63,199 bases of DNA from a bacterium HR30. Its GTDB lineage: Bacteria; Desulfobacterota; Binatia; HRBIN30. The DNA lies in NCBI GenBank assembly GCA_002898795.1, contig BEIG01000003.1:1-63199 (forward strand). The letters run 5' to 3'. The position numbers were made by a program, and so were the translations under genes. The notes beneath the pieces are model-generated. The model saw only the letters and a list, made by a program, of their open reading frames with translations. It did no database searches and was not told the origin of the DNA. Shown here in pieces: positions 1 through 8,455 of the stretch (position 1 is its first letter; every line of letters starts with the position of its first letter).

Positions 1-2027
1 TTCCGATCTTTGCGATCGATCACTGCGACCGGTACCACCACGCGGTTGTTCTCGGTAACGGGATCGATGTTTCCCGGCAGTACCGTATTGGCCGTAAATT
101 CCAGTTGGCATCCGGGTGCAGCGGACCGAGTGAAGCGAAGAGTGATCCGAGCTGTGCGTTTGCGACCGGGTGGCACCAAAGCCCGATCCTGGGTACCTGC
201 AGCGCGCCGCTCGAAGTCAGGAGGAGCGACGACCGTGCCCGGCGGGCAGGTGCCATTCGAGGCAGTGAGGCTTATCAGGTGTCCTAGGGGTTCATCCGTT
301 GTCGTCACATCGGCGTTATATACCTTGACCGACAGCGTGCGGCTCCGTTCGGTTTTTCCCGACGGGATCACTACTTTCAAGGGCGCGATTGGGACAACAG
401 CGGTGTCGTGCTGTGCATGCCTGGTTGGGGGCCACTCGACCGAGACAGGAACCGCGCGGCCTCGTTGGGTTTTCCCGTCGCTGGCCACGAGTTCCATGAG
501 GTAGGTACCGGGCTCCAAGTACAGGTGCCTTTGGGAGAAACCGAGAACCGGCTCACTGCCGTCACCAAAATTCCAGGAGTAAACAAGGGCGTCGCGATCG
601 GGATCGATGGATCCGTACGCGGAAACCTGTAACCAAACTCCTGCTACCACCCGGCGTGGAGGGCCGGGATCCGGCCAGGGGGCACGGTTCTGTAAGGTGA
701 ATTCGGATTCGTGGGCGCCAATGTCCGGTGCTAGGCCAGCCGGGCGGACGCGCCCTAAGACGTCCCGGCTTTCTTCATTAGGTACCAATGCAAGATCGAT
801 GGCCGGGCTCGTTGGGGACAGTTGGTATTCCTGTCGATCAGCAAATTCTGGATCTACAGCCAGCGTTCCCTGTCCGAGTCCCGTTTGGGTTGTGTAGCGC
901 AGTGCGTTGATGTCTTGACCTGAAAACGTCTGCGTTCCCTCGCTGCGGCGGAGGGAGATCAAGGGCTCTGTAGAGTCAGGCCGAAAAACGATGTTGTTTT
1001 GCTCCGTCAAGCTCACGTTCGATTCCACCTCGATGGCCTTTGCCCACCCAGCAATAATCGAGTTTTGTAAGGAAACGCTGTAGGGGGCTTGGGTAAACCG
1101 TTCCAAGGGTGCCCGCAGCAGCACGCCCACGCCAGTGTGGTCAGCGACGGATAAATGAACAAGTTGTACGCCCACGCTTTCCGCGCTCGAATTCGTTGTG
1201 AGCAGGCCGGTCCGATTGCGGGCAATGACAGAATTGGCAACCTGGCCTCCTCGGAAGAGCTTTACCCCAGCACAGCCGTTGTCCGTCGCCCAACTTTGCT
1301 CGATGAGCACGCTTTGAGCTGCCAGGTCGAAGCCGTCCTCGCCGTTGCCAGTGGCGCGACAACGAAGGCACTGGAAATCGCTGACATCCTGTTCCACGGC
1401 GAAGCCGTCCGCACCGCCCGCACACCCAGCCCCGTCGTCGTTTGCGATCGCAGCCGTATCCAGAACAGTCACCCCACTGCTTCCTTGGTAGACCCGAATA
1501 CCGGTGCTTCGGTTTCCTTCGACCGTACAGCCCTGAATCGTGACGTTCGATGCTCCCGCGACCCAAATTCCACTCCGGTTGCCGTGAATATAAAGACGCC
1601 GCAACCACACATTGTGGACCCCTGGCCGCAAGAACACGCTCTCGTGGTATCCCGCCCGAATCTCAAAGCCTTCGATGACGATGTACCCCACCCCTTCGCG
1701 CAGATCGAAAGCAGAAAGACTTTGCCCCGGGTCAGGGGACTCGAGAATGGCCCCCGGCATGGCCACCAACGAAACGAGACCCTGGGTGTTACCACTACGC
1801 GAGATAATCACGCTTTCTCGATAAGTGCCCGGCTGCACGATCACCGTGTCACCTGGGTTGACACGGTTTACAGCGTTCTGGATGGTTGCCCAAGGACTTG
1901 CGGCGCTGCCTGAGGCGCTGTCGTCTCCATTTGGAGCCACGTAAAACGTGTCAGCATAGACTGCGCTCCCCAATAGGACGACCGTACACAGGGCCCAACG
2001 AGCCAACTCTTTGCTACTGCCGAACAT
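1..2027 (-). CDS. Secreted right-handed beta-helix (pectin lyase-like, DUF1565-type N-terminus) protein with PKD domain and C-terminal Ig-like domain; 3' end runs off the window
   Basis: Hand translation from ATG at 2027 gives an uninterrupted frame to position 3. It reads: signal peptide MFGSSKELARWALCTVVLLGSAVYA, then DTFYVAPNGDDSASGSAASPWATIQNAV..PGDTVIVQPGTYRE, PbH1-like repeats (IHGNRSGIWV, VEGNRSTGIRV, ATGNGEDGFDL), YQLSPTSPAID..PDIGAHE, and PKD YSWNFGDGS..HLYLEPGTY. It is absent from the ORF track because there is no stop in the window. Confidence 0.88.
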   Translation of the reverse strand, partial: MFGSSKELARWALCTVVLLGSAVYADTFYVAPNGDDSASGSAASPWATIQNAVNRVNPGDTVIVQPGTYRESVIISRSGNTQGLVSLVAMPGAILESPDPGQSLSAFDLREGVGYIVIEGFEIRAGYHESVFLRPGVHNVWLRRLYIHGNRSGIWVAGASNVTIQGCTVEGNRSTGIRVYQGSSGVTVLDTAAIANDDGAGCAGGADGFAVEQDVSDFQCLRCRATGNGEDGFDLAAQSVLIEQSWATDNGCAGVKLFRGGQVANSVIARNRTGLLTTNSSAESVGVQLVHLSVADHTGVGVLLRAPLERFTQAPYSVSLQNSIIAGWAKAIEVESNVSLTEQNNIVFRPDSTEPLISLRRSEGTQTFSGQDINALRYTTQTGLGQGTLAVDPEFADRQEYQLSPTSPAIDLALVPNEESRDVLGRVRPAGLAPDIGAHESEFTLQNRAPWPDPGPPRRVVAGVWLQVSAYGSIDPDRDALVYSWNFGDGSEPVLGFSQRHLYLEPGTYLMELVASDGKTQRGRAVPVSVEWPPTRHAQHDTAVVPIAPLKVVIPSGKTERSRTLSVKVYNADVTTTDEPLGHLISLTASNGTCPPGTVVAPPDFERRAAGTQDRALVPPGRKRTARITLRFTRSAAPGCQLEFTANTVLPGNIDPVTENNRVVVPVAVIDRKDR

Positions 2028-2260
2028 CTTCCAAGGAGGCTTGCAGCGAAAGCTGTGCCGACGGGCACAGTAAGGGCCGGCAAAAACCGCCTGCGCTAGG
2101 AATTTCTTGCGACCGTCATTGCCGTGCCAAGGGAAGCCTCGACCATCAGTGCTGTGGCAGGTGCAGGGAAGCGCCCATGGCCGCGTGCGAAGTGCGTCAA
2201 GCGATGCTTTGGCGACGACCTTCGCCTCAGGGAGGCGTTACGGGGAACGCCAGCGGCTGG

Positions 2261-2737
2261 TTACTCCTCTGAAGAACCTGGGCGAGGCACGGGCGCACCA
2301 CCGAGTTCTGTCCCCGGTTGTAAACAGAGAAGGCGAACGCGGCCCGTGGCGACAATTTGGCCCTGTGCATCGCGAGCGGTCGCTTCCCAAAGCTGGGTAC
2401 GTCGGCCACGGGTAATCGGTGTGGCTGTTACGCGGATGGTGCCAGCTCGAACTGCTCGCACGAAGCTCGTGTGATTTTCGACACCGACCACAGTCAACCC
2501 TCGCTGCATGGCGTCTAGCCCTGCACCGGTGGAGCAGGCTGTCTCAATCGTTGCGCAGTGCATTCCGCCGTGAACAATGCCGTACGGCTGCAAGTGCCGC
2601 TCGTCTACATCGTACTCGAGAATCACTTCATCCCGCGACGCGCTAACGAAGCGTACCCCCATGTGCCGGTCGAAACCGCGCACCAGGACGTCGCCCGTGA
2701 TGGGGTTGGGAACTTTGCTCTCTCCACTCATGACCAC
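2261..2737 (-). CDS. PaaI-family hotdog-fold thioesterase
   Basis: Motif HLQPYGIVHGGMHCATIETACS, followed by VVGVENHTSFVRAV and RGRRTQLWE. Confidence 0.9.
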   Translation of the reverse strand: MVMSGESKVPNPITGDVLVRGFDRHMGVRFVSASRDEVILEYDVDERHLQPYGIVHGGMHCATIETACSTGAGLDAMQRGLTVVGVENHTSFVRAVRAGTIRVTATPITRGRRTQLWEATARDAQGQIVATGRVRLLCLQPGTELGGAPVPRPGSSEE

Positions 2738-2879
2738 CCGCTATAACCAAAAACGCTCGCCGGTCTAGCAGCCCCGTGCTCCGTGCGAAGCCCAGCGGTT
2801 GCGCTATACGAAACCGACCCTGGTGTTCGGGCTTGGTCTCGCTATTGCCGGGAGAGTTTGCAGGAGTGGAGGAGAATCC

Positions 2880-4385
2880 ATGCGACGGTGGAGAGCGGCG
2901 GTCGTGATTTTAGCCGTGGCGCTCGGGTTCTTTGCCGGAGAGGTGTTCGCGTTTGGCTTTGCCGATGTGGTTCAGAAAGCAGAATCTTTAGCGAGCGAGC
3001 CGTACCGCGACTCGAAAGAGCGGGTGCCACAATGGATGCTGGACATGACCTACGACGAATGGCGCGACATTCGGTTCCGAACCGATCGCTCGCTTTGGCG
3101 CGACCAGAATTTGCCGTTCGAGGTGCAGTTTTTTCATCTCGGCCTGTATTATCCCCGACCTGTTTCGATTAACGTGGTCGATGCCGGACGCGTGGAGCAC
3201 GTGCGGTTTTCCCCAGCGCTATTCGATTATGGGAAGAACACCTTTGCCGATCGTATTCCGGACGATATCGGCTTTGCTGGCTTCCGGGTGCACTACCCGA
3301 TCAAGACCCCGACGTACAAAGACGAAGTCATTGTGTTCCTGGGGGCGAGTTATTTTCGAGCCCTCGGCCGCGACCAGATCTACGGCCTCTCAGCCCGTGG
3401 TTTGGCAATCAACACCGTGGAACCGGAGGGCGAGGAGTTTCCATATTTCACCGAGTTTTGGCTCGTGCGTCCAACCGCAGAGGCAACGACCCTCACGCTC
3501 TATGCATTAATGGATAGCCCGAGCGTGACCGGGGCATACCAATTCTTCGTCGTGCCCGGAGTTCAAACGAGGGTGGACGTCGAGGCACACCTGTTCTTCC
3601 GGCTGGACGTGAAAAAGCTTGGCATAGCGCCGCTTACCAGCATGTTCTTTCATGGGGAGAATACCCCTCGTTGTTTCAACGACTTCCGACCCGAAGTCCA
3701 TGATTCCGATGGCCTACTCCTGCTCAGCCGAACGGGAGAGTGGCTGTGGCGGCCGTTGGATAACCCCACTCGGATTCATGTCAGCGCCTTCGAGTTAAGT
3801 GAGCCCAGGGGTTTCGGGTTGCTGCAACGCGACCGTGACTTCGAACACTATCAGGATCTCGAAGCGCGTTCCGAAATGCGCCCGAGCGCCTGGCAGGAAG
3901 TGCATGGCAACTGGGGACAGGGATGGGTGGAGCTTGTCGAACTTCCGACCGACTCCGATATCCACGATAACATCGTGGCGTACTGGCGACCTCGCCAAGC
4001 CCCGCGTAAGGGCGACCGGCGAGAGCTTCGTTACACGATCTTTTGGTATGGGGAAGATGCTGCGCGTCCGCCGGGCGGGCGGGTGGTCGCCACGCGGCAA
4101 GAGCGGACGAAGGAGGGGTTCCAGCGATTTGTGGTTGACTTCCAAGGAGAAGCCCTCAACCGACTGGATGCCGCGAACCCACCGGAGGCAGTTTTGACCG
4201 TGGCCTCTGGCCGAGAAACGGGTGAGATCGTGGAGCATCACGTGGTCAAAAACCCAGTCAATCAGACTTGGCGTCTCGGTTTTCAGCTTCGCGTAGTGGG
4301 CGAGCGTCCCGTTGACCTTCGTGCATTTCTTCGACGTGGCGGTGACGTGCTGACGGAGACTTGGACCTACACCCATATTCCGTGA
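2880..4385 (+). CDS. opgG: Periplasmic glucan biosynthesis protein OpgG/OpgD family (GH186)
   Basis: Motifs YDEWRDIRF, VFLGASYFRA, YGLSARGLAI, EEFPYFTEFW, FRPEVHDSDGL, HDNIVAYW and ETWTY. Signal peptide follows the ATG at 2880 (GGAG RBS). OpgG vs OpgD is not resolved. Confidence 0.9.
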   Translation: MRRWRAAVVILAVALGFFAGEVFAFGFADVVQKAESLASEPYRDSKERVPQWMLDMTYDEWRDIRFRTDRSLWRDQNLPFEVQFFHLGLYYPRPVSINVVDAGRVEHVRFSPALFDYGKNTFADRIPDDIGFAGFRVHYPIKTPTYKDEVIVFLGASYFRALGRDQIYGLSARGLAINTVEPEGEEFPYFTEFWLVRPTAEATTLTLYALMDSPSVTGAYQFFVVPGVQTRVDVEAHLFFRLDVKKLGIAPLTSMFFHGENTPRCFNDFRPEVHDSDGLLLLSRTGEWLWRPLDNPTRIHVSAFELSEPRGFGLLQRDRDFEHYQDLEARSEMRPSAWQEVHGNWGQGWVELVELPTDSDIHDNIVAYWRPRQAPRKGDRRELRYTIFWYGEDAARPPGGRVVATRQERTKEGFQRFVVDFQGEALNRLDAANPPEAVLTVASGRETGEIVEHHVVKNPVNQTWRLGFQLRVVGERPVDLRAFLRRGGDVLTETWTYTHIP

Positions 4386-4403
4386 CGCCGGAGTCGCGGT
4401 TGC

Positions 4404-5699
4404 ATGGTGCTGCTCAAGGGTCTGCGGAGCGCGGCAGCATTTCTCGCTCGGGCATCCCTACGCTTTTACCGTGACGACTGTTTGATGCGGGCCTCCGCCC
4501 TGGCGTACGTTTCGCTACTGTCGCTCGTCCCCTTCTTGGCCGTTGTCTTCGCTGTGTTGAAGGGCTTGGGAGTTCCGCGCAAAATCGAGCCACTCGTTCT
4601 GAGCAGGCTGGCTCTGCCCGCCGAAACTTTCGCGGCGATCCTGGCCGCAATTGAACGGATCAACGGTAGCGTCGTTGGGGCGGTGGGTGGCGTGCTGCTA
4701 CTGAGTTCCGTGATCGGCCTGCTCGCGGCGATCGAAGGAGCGCTCAACCACGTATGGCGCGTCCGGCAGGGCCGCACCTGGTGGCGGCGTCTGAGCGAGT
4801 ACCTCGGTTTGGTGCTGCTCACTCCCTTTCTGCTGCTGGCAGCTATCGCGCTCACGTCTTCGTTGCGCCTCGGACACGTCATTCGTGTCGTCGAGGGGGT
4901 TCCTCTGGCGGGCGAGTTCCTTCGCTGGGGATTGGTGGCCGTTCCAGCGGTACTGAACGCTATTGGGTTGTTGCTTTTTTACGTCGTGCTCCCCAACCGA
5001 GCTCCACACTGGCCGTCCGTTGGTCTCGGTGCGGTGGTTGGGGGAGTTTGCTGGCAGATCGTGCAATGGGTTTACGTTAGCCTGCAAATTGGGGTGGCTC
5101 GGTATAGTGCCGTTTACGGTGCGCTGGCCCAACTGCCGATTACCTTGGTGTGGTTTTATGCGAGCTGGGTCGTCCTTTTGTTTGGAGCCGAGTGTGCGGC
5201 CGTTGCCGAATCGGGCCGCGTGCGAGCTGCCCCTTCCCGCTACCCGTGGAGCATTCTCGCGTTGCAAGTGTTGCGTTCCGCCTGGCTGGCGTTTCTCGAG
5301 GGCAAGACGAGTTTCGATTTGGTCCACTGGGCGAAGCGCCATGCTGTCCCGCTGGAAAGTGCCGTTGATCTTGTCCGCGTTCTTTCGGCATGGGGTTGGT
5401 TGCGTCAGGTGAAGCCCGAGGATAGCTGGCGTTTCCTTGTGGCGCGCCATCCTCGGAGCTGGGAGTTCGATCGGTTAGCCGAGCTCGACGGGAGGACGGC
5501 TCCTGGACAAGTCGACTCGGTAGTGCTTCGGCTTTGGCAATGGATGCAAGCTGAAGCGGCGGAGCGGTGGCGTGGAATTCGGAAGAGTCCGCTCGTAGAC
5601 GAATTATTTCCGGGATTTGCGTCGGACGCCAAATCGTTGTCGGAAGGTGAAACGAAGGGAAGTGGAGCTGGAGAGCAGGGTGGTACGAGGGGAAGCTGA
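4404..5699 (+). CDS. YihY/virulence factor BrkB family membrane protein with a C-terminal extension
   Basis: Motifs RASALAYVSLLSLVP, IEGALNHVWRV and YSAVYGALAQLPITLVWFYASWVVLLFGAE. Confidence 0.9.
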   Translation: MVLLKGLRSAAAFLARASLRFYRDDCLMRASALAYVSLLSLVPFLAVVFAVLKGLGVPRKIEPLVLSRLALPAETFAAILAAIERINGSVVGAVGGVLLLSSVIGLLAAIEGALNHVWRVRQGRTWWRRLSEYLGLVLLTPFLLLAAIALTSSLRLGHVIRVVEGVPLAGEFLRWGLVAVPAVLNAIGLLLFYVVLPNRAPHWPSVGLGAVVGGVCWQIVQWVYVSLQIGVARYSAVYGALAQLPITLVWFYASWVVLLFGAECAAVAESGRVRAAPSRYPWSILALQVLRSAWLAFLEGKTSFDLVHWAKRHAVPLESAVDLVRVLSAWGWLRQVKPEDSWRFLVARHPRSWEFDRLAELDGRTAPGQVDSVVLRLWQWMQAEAAERWRGIRKSPLVDELFPGFASDAKSLSEGETKGSGAGEQGGTRGS

Positions 5700-5825
5700 A
5701 GTCGGATGCAGCGGTGCTTGCATTTGGCCTGGTTGCTCGGCAGAGGATAGTTGTTGCCCTGTGAGTCGAGATTCGGCGCAGATCATCCCCTGCGGGGGGA
5801 TTCTGCGGGAAGAATGGAGGACGAC

Positions 5826-7532
5826 ATGGAAAAGCTGTTGCGCGTGAACATGACTGATTTGAGTTGGCGCGAAGAACCGTTTCCGAGCGAGTGGAAGTTC
5901 ATCGGAGGGCGTGGTCTTTCGGCAAAGATTCTCCTGAAGGAGGTCGATCCCCGTTGCGACCCGTTGGGCCCCGAAAACAAGGTAATCTTTGCTCCAGGTG
6001 TGCTTTCTGGCTCCATGGCGCCCACTTCGGGTCGGATGAGTGTCGGAGGGAAAAGCCCCCTTACCGGCGGAATCAAAGAAGCCAACTCGGGAGGCCAGGC
6101 GGGCCAAAAGCTCGCTCGCTTAGGCTACCGGGCACTGATCGTGGAAGGAAAAGCCAAGGACCCCTCCAAGCGTTACCTCGTGGCTATCGATAGAAATGGG
6201 GTGCAAATTCGTGAATGCCCGGAGTTGGCCGGCTTACGCACCTATGCGGCATCCGAGAAGCTTGCCACGATGTTTTCCGGGCGAGCAGCGTTTATTTTGT
6301 GCGGGCCCGCGGGAGAAAAGGGCTTCTCCGGTGCGAGCGTTGCGTTCACGGACGAGGGAAAGCGTCACCCGGCACGGCACGCCGCACGAGGTGGGCTGGG
6401 TGCCGCAATGGGCGCCAAGGGGTTAAAGGCAGTTGTGGTCGATGATGAGGGCACCCAGGCAAGACAGCCGGCGGATCCAGCGGGCTTCAAACAATATGTG
6501 GCAAAGTTCACCAAAGAGTACAAAGCCGGGCCCCAACTCTTCCAGTTCGGAACTTCGGCCACCGTTCCCTTGGCGAACATGATGAATACCTTCCCAACGC
6601 GGAACCGCAGGGCCATGCAGTTCGAGCATGCGGACAAGCTAGACGGAGCCCGGATCGTTCAAAATTTCGCGACGCGGGGCGGCGGTATGCATCACTGCAT
6701 GACGGGATGCATCGTGCGCTGCTCGAACATCGTGCACGATGCCAATGGGCAGTACGTTACCTCGGCGTTGGAGTTCGAAACTCTGGCGCTGTGCGGTTCG
6801 AACTGCTGTATTGGGGACCTCGATCAAGTGGCCCGCATCGATCGCATGTGCGACGAACTTGGCCTGGACACCATCGAGACAGGCGGGGCCATTGCCTTGG
6901 CCATGGACTGTGGAGCACTTCCCTGGGGTGATGGCGAGGCGGTATTGGCACTGTTGGACAAGGTCGATAAGGGAGACGAGCTTGCCGAAACCATTGCCCG
7001 GGGGGTTGTTGCGACGGCAAAACGTTTCGGCGTTACCGACCGGATTCCCGCGATTCATGGTCAGGGTATCCCTGCGTGGGAGCCGAGGACGCTAAACGCC
7101 ACGGGCATTACGTACGCCACGAGCGCCATGGGCGCCGATCACACGGCAGGTTTGGTCATTGCCAGCTCAGGGGATTTGGCTCGTGCATCGCAGGAGGCAC
7201 AGTTGGTCAACGCCCTCTGTGACTCCAGCGGATTCTGCCAATTTCAGCAGCCCACGATCGAAGACATCAGAACGTTGTACAATTACTTTTTTGGCGCGAA
7301 TCTAACGTTTGAGGAAGCTGCGGACCTAGGCTGGCAATGCATGGTGGACGAGTGGGAATTTAACCGCCGGGCTGGTTTTAAGTTAGAAGAGGCAGATTTA
7401 CCCGAGTGGCTGCGGAAAGAGCCCGTACCCTCGAATGGCGCTGTGTTCGCCGTCCCGCGCGAAGAAATTCAGAGGGTATTCCAGCGCATGCCGATTTCCG
7501 ATGAGTTGCGCACCATGAAGGCTGTGGGGTGA
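5826..7532 (+). CDS. aor: Aldehyde:ferredoxin oxidoreductase (tungstopterin AOR family)
   Basis: Motifs LLRVNMT, IGGRGL, DPLGPENKVIF, KSPLTGGIKEANSGG, AARGGLGAAMGAKGLKA, CMTGCIVRC, EFET, CDELGLDTIETG and GADHT. GGAGG lies 5 nt before the ATG at 5826. Confidence 0.92.
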   Translation: MEKLLRVNMTDLSWREEPFPSEWKFIGGRGLSAKILLKEVDPRCDPLGPENKVIFAPGVLSGSMAPTSGRMSVGGKSPLTGGIKEANSGGQAGQKLARLGYRALIVEGKAKDPSKRYLVAIDRNGVQIRECPELAGLRTYAASEKLATMFSGRAAFILCGPAGEKGFSGASVAFTDEGKRHPARHAARGGLGAAMGAKGLKAVVVDDEGTQARQPADPAGFKQYVAKFTKEYKAGPQLFQFGTSATVPLANMMNTFPTRNRRAMQFEHADKLDGARIVQNFATRGGGMHHCMTGCIVRCSNIVHDANGQYVTSALEFETLALCGSNCCIGDLDQVARIDRMCDELGLDTIETGGAIALAMDCGALPWGDGEAVLALLDKVDKGDELAETIARGVVATAKRFGVTDRIPAIHGQGIPAWEPRTLNATGITYATSAMGADHTAGLVIASSGDLARASQEAQLVNALCDSSGFCQFQQPTIEDIRTLYNYFFGANLTFEEAADLGWQCMVDEWEFNRRAGFKLEEADLPEWLRKEPVPSNGAVFAVPREEIQRVFQRMPISDELRTMKAVG

Positions 7533-7640
7533 GTCTTTTGCCGGTGATAACGTTAGCGGGCCAGGTAGAGGAGCGAGGACTAGCCGGGAGACAACTTGCT
7601 CGTTAAACACCGACCACAGCCGTTGGCTGAGGAGCGAGGT

Positions 7641-7904
7641 ATGGATCAAGATAGCCCAAAGCCCGTACGGCGAACGCTCGTGGGACGTTGGTTACGCATC
7701 GTTCTCGGCTCGGCGTTGGTTGGACTCGGCGTGGTCGGTTTGTTCCTTCCGTTTCTCCAAGGCATACTGTTTATCGTCGTGGGGTTATCGTTGTTGAGCA
7801 CGGAGAGCGAACGAGCCCGACGGCTCCACGAATGGGCGCGCTCTCGTTGGCGCCAACTGCGCCCCCGAGGGGAAGAAAGGAATTCGGTGCATGGTATCCG
7901 ATGA
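7641..7904 (+). CDS. Small two-TM membrane protein (PGPGW-like family)
   Basis: Hairpin TM segment RIVLGSALVGLGVVGLFLPFLQGILFIVVGLSLLSTE, with GGAG/GAGG RBS before the ATG at 7641. Confidence 0.7.
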   Translation: MDQDSPKPVRRTLVGRWLRIVLGSALVGLGVVGLFLPFLQGILFIVVGLSLLSTESERARRLHEWARSRWRQLRPRGEERNSVHGIR

Positions 7905-8238
7905 GAAGGACCGCTTAGGGCAGAAACTGCGCGATGTCGAACGCGCGAGGGAGGACCTGTACTTTGCTGAGCAGGACCGCAAGCTCATCGAGAAAATGCG
8001 GCAGGCCAAGCAAGAAGAAATGGAGGCGCACGTGCGCGAGCTGGCGCGGATGCGCTGTCCCAAATGCGGCGTGCGGCTGCAACACGTGATCGAGCGGGGA
8101 ATAGCGGTGGAGGAATGCCCCCAGTGTCGCGGAGTGTGGTTAGACCACGGCGAACTCGAGGCCATCGCAGGAAGTGAAAAGGAAGGTTGGATTGCCCGTT
8201 GGTTAAAAGGCGAGTTTCGGCGGCCCGAGGGTAAGTGA
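7891..8238 (+). CDS. zf-TFIIB-type zinc-ribbon protein with an N-terminal charged helix
   Basis: MRCPKCGVRL..VEECPQCRGVWLDHGELE. Overlaps the upstream gene. Confidence 0.8.
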   Translation: MVSDEKDRLGQKLRDVERAREDLYFAEQDRKLIEKMRQAKQEEMEAHVRELARMRCPKCGVRLQHVIERGIAVEECPQCRGVWLDHGELEAIAGSEKEGWIARWLKGEFRRPEGK

Positions 8239-8395
8239 ATGGCCGTTTGGTCTAAGCTTATGGTCGCTCGTCCCAGTGACCAGGCCGGCCGGTGTGCACG
8301 ACGTTCTCTCCTGCACTTTGAGCCCCGCTTCTGAAGCCGTTGCACACGAACCGCTAGGTTGTCTGTTGTTGGGCCACCAGAGGGGCGTGGGGGAG

Positions 8396-8430
8396 AAAAA
8401 AGAAGGGCTTCCCGGTTGGGAAGCCCTTCT
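8396..8430 (-). terminator. Intrinsic terminator of the DUF1302-YCF48-RND-DUF1329 operon
   Basis: Perfect inverted repeat AGAAGGGCTTCCC-ggtt-GGGAAGCCCTTCT, followed on the minus strand by a T run, 25 nt after the DUF1329 stop. Confidence 0.88.
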
Positions 8431-8455
8431 TCCTTTGGAACAGAAGTGATGTGAA

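Noticed and set aside
1155-1913. 252-aa plus-strand ORF
   Set aside because: It is the antisense shadow of the real minus-strand beta-helix gene and has no motifs or RBS.
2115-2129. Sigma54-like TGGCACG on the minus strand upstream of the beta-helix gene
   Set aside because: The -12 element reads TGAC and lacks the invariant GC at GG-N10-GC spacing.
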